From positions 5,675,190 to 5,739,189 of the forward strand of contig OZ037771.1 in assembly GCA_964035545.1 (NCBI GenBank): 64,000 nt of DNA. The letters run 5' to 3'. The translations under genes and the position numbers were made by a program. Within the stretch, counting starts at the first letter, position 1; each line of letters starts with the position of its first letter. The notes beneath the pieces were generated by a model. The model saw only the letters and a program-made list of their open reading frames with translations, had not been told where the DNA came from and ran no database searches. The DNA comes from Bugula neritina. Lineage: Eukaryota; Animalia; Bryozoa. This document shows, one piece after another, positions 24,201-37,732 of this stretch.

Positions 24201-27200
24201 GCTGCTCAATTTCTCACGCCAATTAGAAGAACTCGGGATCGTGCTGTCACCGAGAATGGACAAGCATCAAACTCTCGGTCTCTCACCGTGTTCGTTACTA
24301 AAGTGTGTCGGTTGGCCTATCATCGGTTACAGCTTCTGTCTTCAGCCCTTTCTCTACCAAGTGACTTGGTGAGTGTACAGCACAGTATACGTATTCTTGA
24401 AATTGTTTCAAATATGCTGTTTAGTTAGAAGGTGGAATGAAAGCTTAATGTTTATGGTTAGAATTTTAACACAGAGTGTCTCTTTCAACTGTTGAAATAC
24501 TAGTAAACATAATTATTTTATAAGTTTTAACTTGAGGTGCAAGCATGTAGAGTCTAGTTGATTTGTAGAACATTTATGAGTCACTCAGACTTGGTTGTAT
24601 GATTGATACAGTTTATATTAAGTAGTATCTAGCACTCTGCTCTGACAGTATAGCAATATATACTACATAGTGCTAAAGTGCTATTGCTATACTATGCAGT
24701 TACTAAGTACTCATGTATTCATATCTGCAGGTTTCTAAGATATGGACGTGTTTAGAACATTTGATTAAAGTGAAATGTGAGCTGCTGAGAGACAGGCACT
24801 TGGACCAGGCTATCATGTGCTGCTTGTATGCCATTTGTAAAGTAGTCAACAGAGAGGTCAAGTTTAAGGCTATTGTCGGAGCTTACGACACCCTACCTCA
24901 TCAGCCCAGTTCATCGGTAAGTCTCTCAGTCTATGTCCAACTGTGTCATTTATATAAAAACAACACCTGCAAGTTTATGGTTGCTATCCCTGTGAGAAAT
25001 CCCTGATGGAAGGGGCTTTTTAATGCAGGCTAAGGACTTATTCACATGTGGCGCAGGAGCAATTATGACTGGATGCTCTTCCTAACATCACCAATGGCCT
25101 TTACTGGGGATTAAAACCATGAACTTGGGATTGATAAGCTAGCGCTTGAATCCTTAGACTCCGCTGTATAACATAAATAGATATGTGTATACTGAGCAAT
25201 ACTTCTACTGATAATATATTATATTAGGAATTACGTGTGAATAGCGATAGCTAATTTGCAAAAGAGAGTAACTCCAAGTGTGATGTAATACTACTGAATT
25301 GTTTTAAAATGTGATGGCAGCTGCACAATACATGTAACTCCTAATGTTATGTCATGTGACACTAGTGATATACTTTACATTGTAATAGTTGATATGTTTC
25401 ACATCGCAATAGTAGGTGTACAAAAGAGCGTAACTCCTAATTTGACATTTATATATTATTTTCCTAGTTGATGGTAAGTTTAAAAGAAAGTGTAACTCTT
25501 GTAAAATGTAATACTATTGGTATACCTAAAATGTGGTGGTAGGTGTACAAGAGAATGTAACTTCTATTTGACTCACACACACACAAAGGCACATATATTC
25601 TTATCATGATGGTAGGTGTACAAGAAAGTAAAGATGTCCGAGCCCTCCAAAACAGACTCCATCATCCCTTTCTACAACAAGATCTTTATGCAGTCTATGA
25701 AATCATATCTACTTCAGTTCTCTCCTGACAGATGCCCCCCTCCCCTTTCTCCTGCTCCCAGGGCTGGATACAGTCCTATGAAGTCTCCCAGAAAGTAAGC
25801 CTTGCTGCAATATGTAGTCCTTTCTATTGGCTAATTTTTTATGGACAGAGGGTAGAGTGTACCGTCATTTACTTGAGTCAGTTTTTAAGAACCTAGTCTA
25901 TTGTGCGCCTTCTCACTAATGTAACAGTTGGACTATATGGAGTGATTAACTGTACACAGTAATTAGGTTAATGATAGTTCATTGTTCATCAGAATTTTGT
26001 TTTCTGTCTTGTTTTCAGGCTCGTAAAAATGCCCTTTAAATAGAATCCACTCTTGCATCATAATTTGGCTTATTTTTTGAATTGAATTTTTCTTTTGAGG
26101 TAAAAGCTGGATAAACCTGCAGTTGTGTTGAAACTATTGAAGAATATATAAATTCGGTTTTCCTTGCATTCAGAATATATCTTCACTAATAATTCCTTAT
26201 AACCCTAGTTATGCCTCTCTCTCTCTCTCTCCCTCTCCCTCTCCCTCTCCCTCTCCCTCTCCCTCTCCCTCTCCCTCTCCCTCTCTCTCTCTCTCTCTTG
26301 CTTGGTTTGCACCATAAATTGCTTATGACTGGTTTGTACAGTCAACTCCTCACATAATAGACATACTTTTTTTTAAACAGGATTGGCAAACAGATTTTCT
26401 TGTCCCCTATGAAAGCAGACGAGGCTATGAAATTGTCCATGACGCCGAGATCTTCTCAGTTGTATTGTTTTGGTGATTTAGAGGTGAGTTCTGTTCTAAT
26501 GAACATCTAGAGGTAATTTGTTCTATTCTAATGTAGGTCTAAAAGTAAGTTATGTTCTATTAGAGGTCTAGAAGTGAGTCTTTTGAATATAGTTATGTTG
26601 TATATTTTGCAAAGCCATGTTATTTTTATCTTACAGTCAGCCATGAATCAGTGCTGTAACTCTACAAAGTACACATAAACATTAAATGACATTCTGTTGC
26701 AGGGTCCCAGGCAGCTGGAAAACATAAACAACAGCATCAGACAGTTTTGTTCACCTTCAACAGCAACCAAACGACTTACATTTGAAGAACCAGATGCAAG
26801 TCATCAGAGGTGATGTGCTATAAAAATGTCCTCTATTAGTTTATAGTAATAATAGTAAATATATATTAAAATAGTGTTTGTTTCTTCATTCTATTTCCAG
26901 TTAGTTTTAGTTTTAGTGTTAGGCACTGACTGTACATAAATGGCAATTTTAAAAAGGATGTGAGACCTTGCACTGCGAATTTGTTGCTTGTGTTTAGGCT
27001 GTCAAGTATATGTGACTACCCAGCATTTCTTAATTGTATCGAGTCTTTCGGGTAAAAAGTTTATATATGTTGACTTGCAATTCACTTAGAATTAACTCAG
27101 TCAATTGAGTTCATTGACTGACTTGACTCATTTTTGTCCAGTTTTACTTGGTTTGTCGTTAACTTGACCTGAATCACTGTGACTTAAATATGTTAGAACC

Positions 27201-28729
27201 ACAGAGATGAAATCCGTTTGTGCATCTTTGAATCATTTTAGATTTTAGCAAATTGTAATTGGAGTAGTGTAAGCGTAGGGCCACATGACGCGTTTTACAT
27301 GCGCGTGATGTGCGAGTAAACCCGTTTAGACTTGCCCCACACAATGCATGTGTTGCGAGTGCAGAAATTTATTAGCTAATGATGTTAGCGTTGAACTTTA
27401 CTGCTCGCCTACAGACTTTTGTTTTTAAAACTACGTCATCGGCAAAGTAACTTTAAATATTATGAAAGCGGAAATGCAAACTATATAAAACTGTTTTAAT
27501 TCAGTTTGCTAAAAGCTAAAACGTGAATTAAAAAAAGTGTGCTCGCTAAAAGATGATAAGTCAATTAGATCAAACAAGCACAAGCTTACCGCGCTTCTCA
27601 CTCAGCATGTTAAACGCATGAAAATCCCGCACACGATGTCCCATTTTTGGGCTAAACGGGTTTTCCGCACGTCACGCGCTTGTAAAACGCGTCGTGTGGC
27701 CCTACGCTAAGGATTATGTAAACATCTATGACATTGGTTCTATTGAAACTAAAGAGCTATAACTACAAATATTAGCGTCAAAAATCTGCCCTCCTAACAT
27801 CTAAAAATAATTTTCTCCAACATTGATTATAACTATTTTATGTGCAATTTATAATTCGATTTGAATGCATTGTACAAGTTATATTTTTAGGTTTATCATT
27901 TTTTAAGTTGGCAATTTTGCTACCTTAGTTTAGATTGTATGATCAAATATCTATATTTATTCTCATGCACAACACAATTCTGTTTATTTATATGTATCTA
28001 TATATATAAATGTCAGTATAATAACATGATAATTCTCTTCTGATCGTCAATGTTTTCCAACCCATTAGTTTCACAGTGATCATTTGGCCTGTTCATGCAA
28101 ACTCAGAATAACACTCGCAATGGTGCAATATAAAATATAGAACTCTTTAGTTAGATGTAGTCTGAGATAACTCCATGTGCATGAAGTTATTATTAATTTG
28201 ATGGCAATCAATCAAATCAGATTTTGTTTTATTTAAAAACACATCCTTTGTCAAGTATTGTAGATATAATTCTATACCAACATCTCAAAAAGTAACATAT
28301 CCCAGTCTCCTGTACAGCTCACTATAGTCTGTGCAACTCTTTGACAATTTCTTACATAAGATTTTGACTATAAATACAAGCTATACATGCTGCAGTCACT
28401 TTTCATAAACAAATTTCCGCTACCATCCGCATTGTTAGATAGAACTTGATTTCATTTTATGTTTGAAACATTTCTAAAATAAATAAACATATCTAATGTC
28501 TTTATACACCTTATCATAGCAAACCGTTATGCGAGTTTAAAAATGAAAACATAATTTAATTCGGAAAAGTAACCCAATTGTCTAAAATCTATCTATTTGG
28601 ATATTTATCCAAACTTTGAAATGAACATGAATATAAGTCTGTAATATTCTTCCCTACTGACTAAAATTTTGTTCTGACAGGGACACCAGGGAGCGTTCAG
28701 TTTCAACGAGCAAGAAGATAAAATTCTAA
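15201..28729 (+). CDS. RB1: Retinoblastoma-associated pocket protein, RB1-type, ~814 aa, 17 coding exons
   Basis: Exons: 15201-15329, 15413-15543, 15638-15769, 16219-16352, 16472-16582, 17037(or 17061)-17188, 21268-21407, 21708-21834, 22281-22496, 22997-23161, 23824-23946, 24108-24368, 24731-24916, 25616-25794, 26381-26483, 26703-26809, 28681-28729; phases are consistent. Pocket motifs: PTPIQ..NTIQHL, EEERLS..FHRSL, KVIECFIKAE..LAW, DRHLDQAIMCCLYAICKV, DSIIPFYN, MTPRS and a C-terminal KRLTF. The short spacer and undivided B pocket indicate RB1 rather than p107/p130. Confidence 0.93.
15844..15970 (+). mobile_element. tRNA-derived SINE (family 1)
   Basis: GGAGCAGCCATGGCCTAGTGGTTAG…GGTTCTAGTCC…TTGGTGATGTCAG matches the copy at 272-450. 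Confidence 0.75.
17351..21062. mobile_element. Non-autonomous fold-back DNA transposon, Sola2-like, in RB1 intron 6
   Basis: Termini GGGTCATTCC…GGAATGACCC with a 4-bp TSD, TACT (17347-17350 and 21063-21066). The arms are inverted homologs over ~1.6 kb. Each arm holds a decayed transposase-like segment (KVQLLTLAPESWTIDKTSIEFGVNNY…AQQAR…GILPEP..KVGRPL…NFFQDE). A 4-bp TSD, 5'-GRG ends and long TIRs fit Sola2 as recalled. Confidence 0.85.
18688..18964. mobile_element. 277-bp secondary insertion in the left arm of the fold-back transposon
   Basis: It is absent from the right arm, is flanked by the direct repeat TAATTGTT (18680-18687 and 18965-18972), and splits the transposase relic at the NNY|LAQQAR position. 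Confidence 0.65.
21394..21613 (+). repeat. 46-bp minisatellite spanning an RB1 exon/intron boundary
   Basis: The unit AGTAACGCTACCAG|GTAATACCAGCTCTATCATGTTAGATGTATGG starts at 21394, 21440, 21486 and 21532, with a partial copy after that. Confidence 0.9.
24997..25165 (-). mobile_element. tRNA-derived SINE (family 1)
   Basis: AATCCCTGATGGAAGGGG…GGAGCAATTATGACTGGATGCTCTTCCTAACATCACCAATG aligns by eye with 272-450. Confidence 0.8.
26215..26298. repeat. Polypyrimidine microsatellite (CT)n/(CTCTCC)n
   Basis: Directly visible in the sequence. Confidence 0.95.
27273..27707. mobile_element. MITE, PIF/Harbinger (Tourist-like), 435 bp, in the last RB1 intron
   Basis: ~57-bp imperfect TIRs (GCGTAGGGCCACATGACGCGTTTTACA… / …TGTAAAACGCGTCGTGTGGCCCTACGC) with a TAA TSD on both sides. 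Confidence 0.85.
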
Positions 28730-29898
28730 TCATAGCCTTGATGTCTAAGCTTTCTATAGAGCTCACTTAAATAGTGACATCATCACACGGGGAAAACTTA
28801 TTCTTTTAATATTATAATTATGATAAATCGGAACTTTAGTTAAAAATTAGCTTATATATCTTCTCTATATAATAACTGTAAAACGTTAATTATAAGAATG
28901 ACATTATATATTTAAAAATGGTTTAATGATAATATTTGTGTCTATTCCTAGACATTAGGCACTTCAAAAGGTCAGCGCTGTTTACTGTAGTAGTTCCATA
29001 TGTTGTCACTAAAATATTCTTGTTTTGTGTTACTTGGTTAGGGTGTGTGTATTTGATAATCTGATAATTTAGTAGTGAAACTGGGTGGAGTCACACACAC
29101 CAGAAATATCTTCTTGAGTACTGGCTAAATGCCAAGTTCTGATTTGACTATATATGTAATGTGATACCCAGCTTTGTTCTCAAACATAGATATTGTTGCG
29201 GTGTTTAAGGTACAGTAGCATCAATTGTCACTTTACTTATTGTATTGTAAACTTCTTTTTAGCAAATTTCTAAATTCTGTGTTTATTGATTTAAAATTAA
29301 GTCATTAATAAATCAGTAATACTTAAGTTTTATTTTAATAGTTTTACATTATTGAATTCTAATTTTTATCAAATTATTTGTGTTGCAGTTGTTGAAATTG
29401 TGGTATTTTATAAAATGTATTTATTGACAAAATCAATATTTATAATGCTTCTTTATTAATAATAAATATTTATGGTAGTTCTTTTGACAGAACTTTTCTT
29501 TTGGTTTTTGCTCTCCGCACTAAAGTGTGTTCATCTCATTTTTCATATGCAGTTATAGTCCTTATAGTTCATTTATATTTCTTTATATATATTAGTCTAT
29601 TGACACAAGTTTATGGTAAAGCCTCAGGTTCTACATTAACTAGGCCGGAGTATTGTAAGGGTTACAACAAGACCTGCTTAAATGACTTATTGGTGGGGAA
29701 ACGGGCAACAACCAGCTACAATTACTTGCACACAAGTCACATCGTTATACCATTTTATATTTTTCAAAATAATAAGCAGTACAAGTGACTGGTCTGCAAA
29801 GTTAATGTCTGCCTTAATTCATCTGCAGGACTATAACTACATTCATGTCAAATGTGGTACATTTTATACTTGTTTGATTTTATTTTAGAGTTGTAAGT

Positions 29899-32800
29899 AT
29901 GTATTACTGCATTCTAATCAGTTTGTTAGCTGCTGCTTCTGGAAGTTTCTTGTGTCCAAATGGAGACTACACATCTGCCGCTGTTCCCACTAGTGGTAAG
30001 TATATTTAGTAGTTGGTGGGAATTCAATAGGATTAATAGACTTATTTAGCCAAATCTATGCACAATTTTTGATTTGAGCATCACATGGAATCAGTTAAAC
30101 TAATAAAGGCTATATTAGTATTCCTAGTTGCTTTTCCAAGACATATACTTTATAATAATGAAATGCTATTTCTATAGTAGTAAATGCTGAGGTATTGCAC
30201 ATATGATATTTCAAATAACTTGTCTTGTGCAGTCCACAAGTTAAAAATTGGAGATATAAAAGTAGTGGCTGGTATGGGAGACTCAATTACTTCGGGGCTT
30301 GGAGCTAACTCTACCAATATGGCTGACATGGCAACCCAGTACAGAGGTCATTCCTTCAGGTAAGATGTCTGTTCTGTCACACACACCACCATTTGTGTCC
30401 ACCAACTGCTGTCTGCTAATCTGAGTCATGATATTTTGTAGTGTTGGAGGTGACTTATCTTATAAGGACCAACTCACTACATTTCCCAGTAAGTGTTTCT
30501 ACATTTCTTAGGTTTGATATTTATATATATTAAAAGTGAGAGTTATCAACTCTTAGTGATAATTTTGGTACTGTTTCCTTCAATACGGATATATACAAAC
30601 GATCTTTCAGCTTTTCATAAGTTGGGTACTGTTTAGAATCTGAGTTGGATTAACTTGGTATTATACAGTACCTGGGCTGGTATAACTTGGTACTATACAA
30701 CATCTGGGCTAGTATAACTTGGTACTGTACAATATATGGGTTTGTATAACTAGGTACTACACAGTACCTGGGTTGGTATAATATGGCACTGTAGGGGTGT
30801 CACCAAAGGGTTACACCTTCTTCTATACAATCTCTTAGAAACTTCTAGCTATAATGTTCTGACTAAGTTAACCCAGTATACTGATTTCCAGCAGATGCTT
30901 GTCATTCTTGTTTTTTCAACAATTGAACATTTCAATACGCACATAAACGCAGTCCTTGACGTCAAATGTTCATCATACAAGTGCCAAATATTTTTAAATT
31001 GGTTAAAAACGTGTATTTTAACTAGAAAAGCTATGAAGGTATTTCCAGTTTATCCTAGTTTGATTTGTGCTTTCAGATATACTGAAACTATTCAATCCTA
31101 ATATTTATGGGTTTTCCACTGGCACTGGGGATGAAAATACACCAAACTCTAAGTTCAATGTTGCCCAGTTTCATGTTTTCTCTAGGTGAGTTCTGTTTAC
31201 TTCTTCTCAACCTTTTCTACTAGACTATCTAAATATAAGATGCATTGGTTGAAGTGCTAATGAGAAGTTGTCTGTTCTAGTGTGATGCCTTCTCAAGCTG
31301 ATGATCTGGTCAAGAAAATGAAAGCTGACTCTAACATCAACTTTGAGAATGATTGGAAAGTTGTGACCATCTTCTGCGGTGGTGCTGACGTCTGCAAAGC
31401 ATGTGGCAATACAGTAAGTATATCCTGTTTTATCTTGCAGTACTCTTATATTACTCTTGTATTAGTCTTGTATTACTCTTATATTACTATTATATTACCC
31501 TTGTATTATTATTGTATTACTCTTGTATTACTCTTATATTACTCTTGCATTACCCTTGTATTACTATCGTATTACTCTTTTATTACTCTTGTATTACTCT
31601 GATACTACTCTTGTATTACTATTGTATTACTCTTGTTTTACTCTTATAGTACTCTTGTATTACTCTTATATTACTCTTGTATTACTATTGTATTACTCTT
31701 GTTTTACTCTTATAGTACTCTTGTATTACTCTTATATTACTCGTATATATTACTCTTGTATTACTCTTATATTACTCTTGTATTATTCTTGTATTACTAT
31801 TATATTAATCATATATTATCATTATCTTACTGTTATATTACTCTTGTATTACCTTTATATTACTCTTGTATTATTCTTATATTGTTCTTGTATTGCTCTT
31901 GTATTGCTCCTGTATTGCTCTTATATTACTCTTGTATTACTCTTACATTACTCTTGTGTTACTCTTGTATTACTATTGTATTACTCTTGTATTACTCTTG
32001 TATTACTATTGTATTCCTCTTATATTACTCTTGTATTACTCTTGCGTTACTCTTATATTGCCTAAACTAATACTCTAGGTGAGAATAATTATGTTATGAA
32101 ATTAAGAGTGATTCTGAATATTTAGACATGATGCTGTTGATTTAATTTAAAATAATGCTGTATTCTATCTTACTGGCAAATACTCACAGAGATATGAGCC
32201 AGTTTCCATATCTAATCATTCAAGCGAGATGCTATCCTAATCTGTTACTTTAAGGTTGTCATTTGACATTAAAGATTAGTTATTAACATAACAATTATCC
32301 AACATTATATAATATCACTAATAAAAATAGATAACTGTTATTTCATTTATCCAGACGCAGTTTCCTGCTTCCATGTACAAAGAAAATATTGAAGCAGCTT
32401 TGGACATTCTTTACCAGAAGCTGCCCAGAACTCTGGTGAACTTTGTACAGATCTTTGATGTCAACAAGATAAGAGAGATGATGGTTTCTGATGATAGATG
32501 TGCTCATGCTTTGGGGCAAGTTTTTTCTAATAGCCGATTCATAGTAATAATCAGTATTTACCTACATATTAACGTATGTGAGCTCGCGTACGTTAGTAAA
32601 AGCTTTCAAACCATATTGTCAGCATTTAGCCCTTCTTTAAAAACCTTTGTAACCAGGGGTTCTAACAGGGGTGGAGAGTTTAAACTAATCTGTGAATTTT
32701 TTCAACATGATGGCAGTGCACAGCATGGTAAAATTGTATCATTACTTGATGGTGATGAAATTGCGAGAGCTAAATGAAATTGCAGCGATGGAGAAATTGA

Positions 32801-34669
32801 GAAAGGCTTGTGCTCTAAATTTTATTTGTAGTAAAATAATTAATTTTTGTGTGAGAATGTCAACCTGTCCCCCAAAACGAAATTTATAGAAAAAAAAGAG
32901 CTTAGGCTGTCTTAATTTCCCCACTACTGCATCTAAATAGAGAACTAGTAGGACTATAATTATACCCTTCTGGTCCCTGTAGCGTTGCGGGTTGTTCTTG
33001 TCCACTTGAGTCGGACGGATCAGAGATGACAACTATGTCTCAGGAATACACTCAGGCTATTGAAGATTTGATTTCCACTGGGAAATACGATTCAAGAGAT
33101 GACTTTACTGTGGTGATTCAGCCCTTCCTTCACGACATGTCTATGCCTCTACTTCCGGTAAGAATATATCTATATGTCTGTATCTTTTATGTTGTATTTG
33201 TATTTTATTGCAACTTTTTACCATTTTGGATAGATAACACTTTTTAACATCATTATATAGACAAACTGAATGCATTAGGAGGATGCTTATCATGAAAACA
33301 GAGCAACCTGTTATTATCATATCTTTATAGCCCTTTCCCTTATTATTGCTACTTGTACTGTTGTATCCCTCAGGTTTCAATAGCATGTTTTTTTGAATGC
33401 ATAATGTAAGATTACCATCAATGAGAAAAAGGGTTACCAGTTATAAAACTATTTATGCGGCAGTATCTTGTAAATTATGTATGTGTACACATATATATTA
33501 TTTATACTCGTATATCTATGTATAATTTCATATTATATACACTGTATACGTACACATGTATATTTAAATACTTTTATATACATTTGCATTTGTATATGCA
33601 CACTTTTATATATGTACACATTTGTTCCTTCACGTGGAATATTTGCAACATGGATATTGGCAACATTAAATGTGAAGCACATATTGAGTTTATTTGTATA
33701 AATATTTTGATAAGCTTGAAAAACTATTGCATTGCAAAATTGTTAGTTGGATATTTTACTACAAAACTCATGGCCAGTGGGTTATTACATTCATAAAATT
33801 TATATAAATACGTAGATCATGGAGTTTACAATTAAAATGATGTACTCTAAATTCCGTTCATGAAAACTAACTTTAACTTTAGTTGCCAGTTGCATATTAG
33901 ACTATCTTTTGGTAAAGCCATAATTTTTGTTAAATTTTGTAGTCTGGAAAGTATGATCTGTCTTACTTTGCTCCTGACTGCTTCCATCTCAGCTCTAAAG
34001 GACATGGTACTGCTGGCATCTCTCTCTGGGATAACATGGTAGAGCTGATATACTTCAATTTCTTTTAATTTAGTTGCTACTGTAGAATAATAGATGGTTG
34101 TGACAATTGTAGTGCTAACTTTACCAGACAATATTAAGATAATAAAATATAATTGTAACACTTATAGCGGTTACAGCTATTTTATTATTAAACAGATAAC
34201 TGCGTGGTTGAAGTATGCAGCACCTGTCATGAAGTGCTGCTGTGTGATGTGTACATGTAGCTTGAGATATTGACGTAATGATGGAAGTTTTTTAATATTG
34301 GTAATTCAATTTACTCCTTGTAATTCTTCGTATAAATTTATATCAAGCACCAATTGCTTCAGTTTTAAACACCAGTTCCATATTTGTATTTTCTTTTCTC
34401 ATGCTAATTCAAAATTATGAATTAGTGCTGTTAACAAGCTCAATCATTTAGTGAATAATTTTGTAGATGCAACCGTTATCTGCCAAACAGACAGACATTA
34501 GTCATAGCGGCACTCCTATTTGTCCAACGGTGAGTTGAAATTTTTATATACCCCAATAATCAGACTTCAATCTACACTGCTAGTCTTACTTTTTAAAATT
34601 ACTATAATTATTTTCTAACATTTTCAGACTGAATATATACCTACAAGGAAGAATGGTGCCAACATGTGA
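29899..34669 (+). CDS. Phospholipase B1-like single-domain GDSL/SGNH lipase, copy A (~349 aa, secreted; triad intact, oxyanion residues substituted)
   Basis: Exons 29899-29995, 30233-30359, 30442-30488, 31077-31185, 31281-31413, 32355-32515, 32983-33157, 33943-34038, 34467-34529, 34628-34669 (1050 nt). Signal peptide [15 protein letters not shown]. Motifs [63 protein letters not shown]. Confidence 0.92.
30645..30792. repeat. ~31-bp degenerate intronic minisatellite
   Basis: Units like GTATAACTTGGTACTATACAACATCTGGGCT occur 4-5 times. Confidence 0.8.
31425..32065. repeat. 11-bp satellite (TATTACTCTTG)n filling much of intron 5 of copy A
   Basis: Dozens of degenerate units; these generate the spurious Leu/Tyr-rich ORFs in all three forward frames. 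Confidence 0.95.
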
Positions 34670-37600
34670 AATCTTGTTGAAAGATGATTGGCTAGGGAGA
34701 CGATATTTATGTTTATTCACTTGTAACACTACAATATTTCTTGTTTGAAATACAATATTTCAAATTACCTGTATACAAAATGCTTAGACAAAAATTGTAA
34801 TGAGTCCATATTAAATATTATTTTGAAATAAAGATTGCTATTTTCTTTAAAACTCCTTATTTGTCTTGTTATCAAAACAGTCCTTAGCCTGCTTAACACC
34901 CTTTTTCATCGGGAGCTCTATAAACTCACAAGAATTTTCACTCTTCATTAAAATCACACTGAGCAAGCAATAGGTATGATATAGCACAATACGTGGGTTG
35001 GGACTAAAGCAGCACATGCATACTCACATTGAATTCTGTTGAGTTTGAAGAGAAACATTTCTATTAAAAGATACTATAATGTTTTTGAAATTATAGCACA
35101 GAACTTGTATAGTGCATGGATCTACATTCCATAAGCAGTTTGTACAGGCTACACTGTGCAACAATTCGGAATAATCAATATAGTATAGCTGTTCAAAAGC
35201 AGCAAAGTAAAATTTTCCCGGTCATTACAATTTTAGGATGACGCACAAGACATATACATTTTAAGTTAAATTATTGCCATTACAACCCATTTTTACAGTT
35301 TTGAAAATTGAATTACTCTAAAATCTAAACAATCCTATTAAACCGGTTTAAACAATTAATCTAATGTTGATTGGGTTGAATGATAGCCTGTTTAAGTTCA
35401 GATTCAGCTGCAAAGCATGTGTAGCAGCTGTTTATAGAGTAGGTGTGAGTCTTAGAATAAAGGTGTGGCATGGAAAGTGGGCTGACCAATAATTGCAACA
35501 GCTAGAAAGTTCAGGTATGATCAAGAATTGTAGCATCTAAAGTTACCTGACCAATGTATGGTAGTAGCATGGGAAGTGGTGTGACCAATCATTGATGAAA
35601 CATAGAAGATGGGCTGATAAGAATTTGTACCATGGTGTGACCAACAGTTGTAGCAAATTGTTTTGAAACCAGGGTTTCACATTAATTACTAGTCGAGTTT
35701 AAGTAAAACTATTTGAAAAGAATTATAATAATAACTATCAAGAAGACCTCTTATACTACTGCAAAAATTCAAACTCTAATAACATTAATTTTTCATCTTT
35801 TAATAACATTTGACTCAAGTTATATTATTATTTATTTTGTAATTTCATGCAATCTTATAAATACTATTTAGTAACAAATAGCAATCTATTTACTGCAATT
35901 GCTTAAGGTTTATTAATTGCACCTACTGATATTTACAACTAAGAAACATAGTGTTTTACAGATACGCCTTGTTTTGAAATGTGCTGTAATTGCAATTGTG
36001 AAACCATCCCTACATGCACTTGCATGGGAAAAACACCCACAATTAGCGCTGTAGGTATAATTATATGTTTTATTTTGTACACAGATCCAATATGTTTGTA
36101 TTTCCTTAATGTTATTCCAAACAGACCATAAACTGGGCAATTCTGTTGACCGATCTAAAGTTAGTTTGTTTTATTGCAAATATCACGCATATTTATTTAT
36201 TTTCTAACTATCACTATTATAAGCCAAGATTGAGAAATATTAAATATACATGAACACAGTGCACACAGAAAATTATCCTTTGAATTAAACTGCAATTTTT
36301 GATAGATGTATAGAAAATTTTATTGCATGTTTGTAATGAACTTGAATGGCTGTTTGAACCTAAGTCCATAACTTATGATTCTATAACATCTGCATTAACT
36401 GCATGTATCTTACAGCAATATTTATGATTGCATAAGTTTCATCAAAGAGAATAAGCTGCAAGAAGCTGTTTTACACCAGTCAAAGGCCGCAGTGTATGTA
36501 CAAAGCTATGGCCTATAATTACTACTTTTGACCTTCAATAGCATTTTGTTAGGTCATATATTAGACACTGGCTCATTGGCTAACTTCAGGATTACTGATC
36601 CAATCAATGCAGATGGAGAGTATAAGCTAGCCGCAATACGAGTATATAAGTGTGCGTATAACTGTATGTTTTACTGACATCACTTGAAACTACTTGAAAT
36701 TAACAGTAATTTGAAAGAAGTGTATTAGGAGTGAAACTTGGAGCCTTAGAAAAGTATAGTAAGAGTAATTTTACAAAAAATATATTTGTGTTTTTTTATT
36801 TGACTTTTGCTGCTTAATAATTGTTAGCCATTTTCAGATCACTAGGTCTTACATATAAGTAACTATTGGTTTTTGATGTAATGAAGCTATTTAAGTGCAA
36901 TTAAGATTACATAGTATTGAGAGTTTTATTCTCTTTCGTTAGGCTTTTTGCTGAATAGTAAAAATAAAGTCCAGCTTTGCAATTTGTCATCAATTTTAAA
37001 AACTGTTTTATTATTTTATGCCAAGGAGTTAAAATAGAGGCAAATAACATTTTCGTATTATTAGCATGTGTCTTCTTGAAAACTTTTGCCCCGTTGTATT
37101 ATGTTATGAATTTAAGTATAAAAGCTGTTCCAATAATTAATTTTCACACTCCATAAAGGTCTGATTACACAAATGTAATTTCTTTTAAATTTAAATAAAT
37201 TATATTTTTATAATTTTAATACTATAGAGGATATTATTTCTAAATTTGATTATTTCCCAAAAAGTTGAAATACTAGTAAATTATGTGACATACTCTTTCA
37301 ACTGGCCAACAGTGACCAACAGCATGCACTTGTCAAAAATTACTACTAATTTTTGTTTTAACTTAAGGCTTTCTTACAAAATAAGCTTTAGTACTATATA
37401 TTGTAATTACTGTACTATTTTCTCAATTAGAGTAATCAGTAACTCGTAAAACTCTTCCCACTCACTGTGTTGTTACTTTTTTAACCTCATAAATACTAAA
37501 AGTGATACAAATATTGTATGAAAACTACCAGTAAAATGATTTCAATTCATCTCACAGGAGTTTCATGCCATTCTTCTAAATATACTCCAGCTCAGAGTTT

Positions 37601-37732
37601 GAAATAACTTTTATTGAAAGGAGTCTCTATATCTAAAACTATTAAAGCAAGTTTGATATGCATGTTGTATAAACATGCATACTGTATTGTTTCAGTAGGC
37701 TAGTTGTGATACTTAAACATTTAATAATGTAG

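Noticed and set aside
31401-32078. Long Leu/Tyr-rich ORFs (up to 180 aa) that look like membrane proteins
   Set aside because: They are translations of the (TATTACTCTTG)n satellite inside intron 5 of PLB copy A.
35450-35660. Cluster of TGACCAAT (CCAAT-box-like) motifs between PLB copies A and B
   Set aside because: They belong to a degenerate tandem repeat ~2 kb from the nearest start codon, with no evidence of promoter function.
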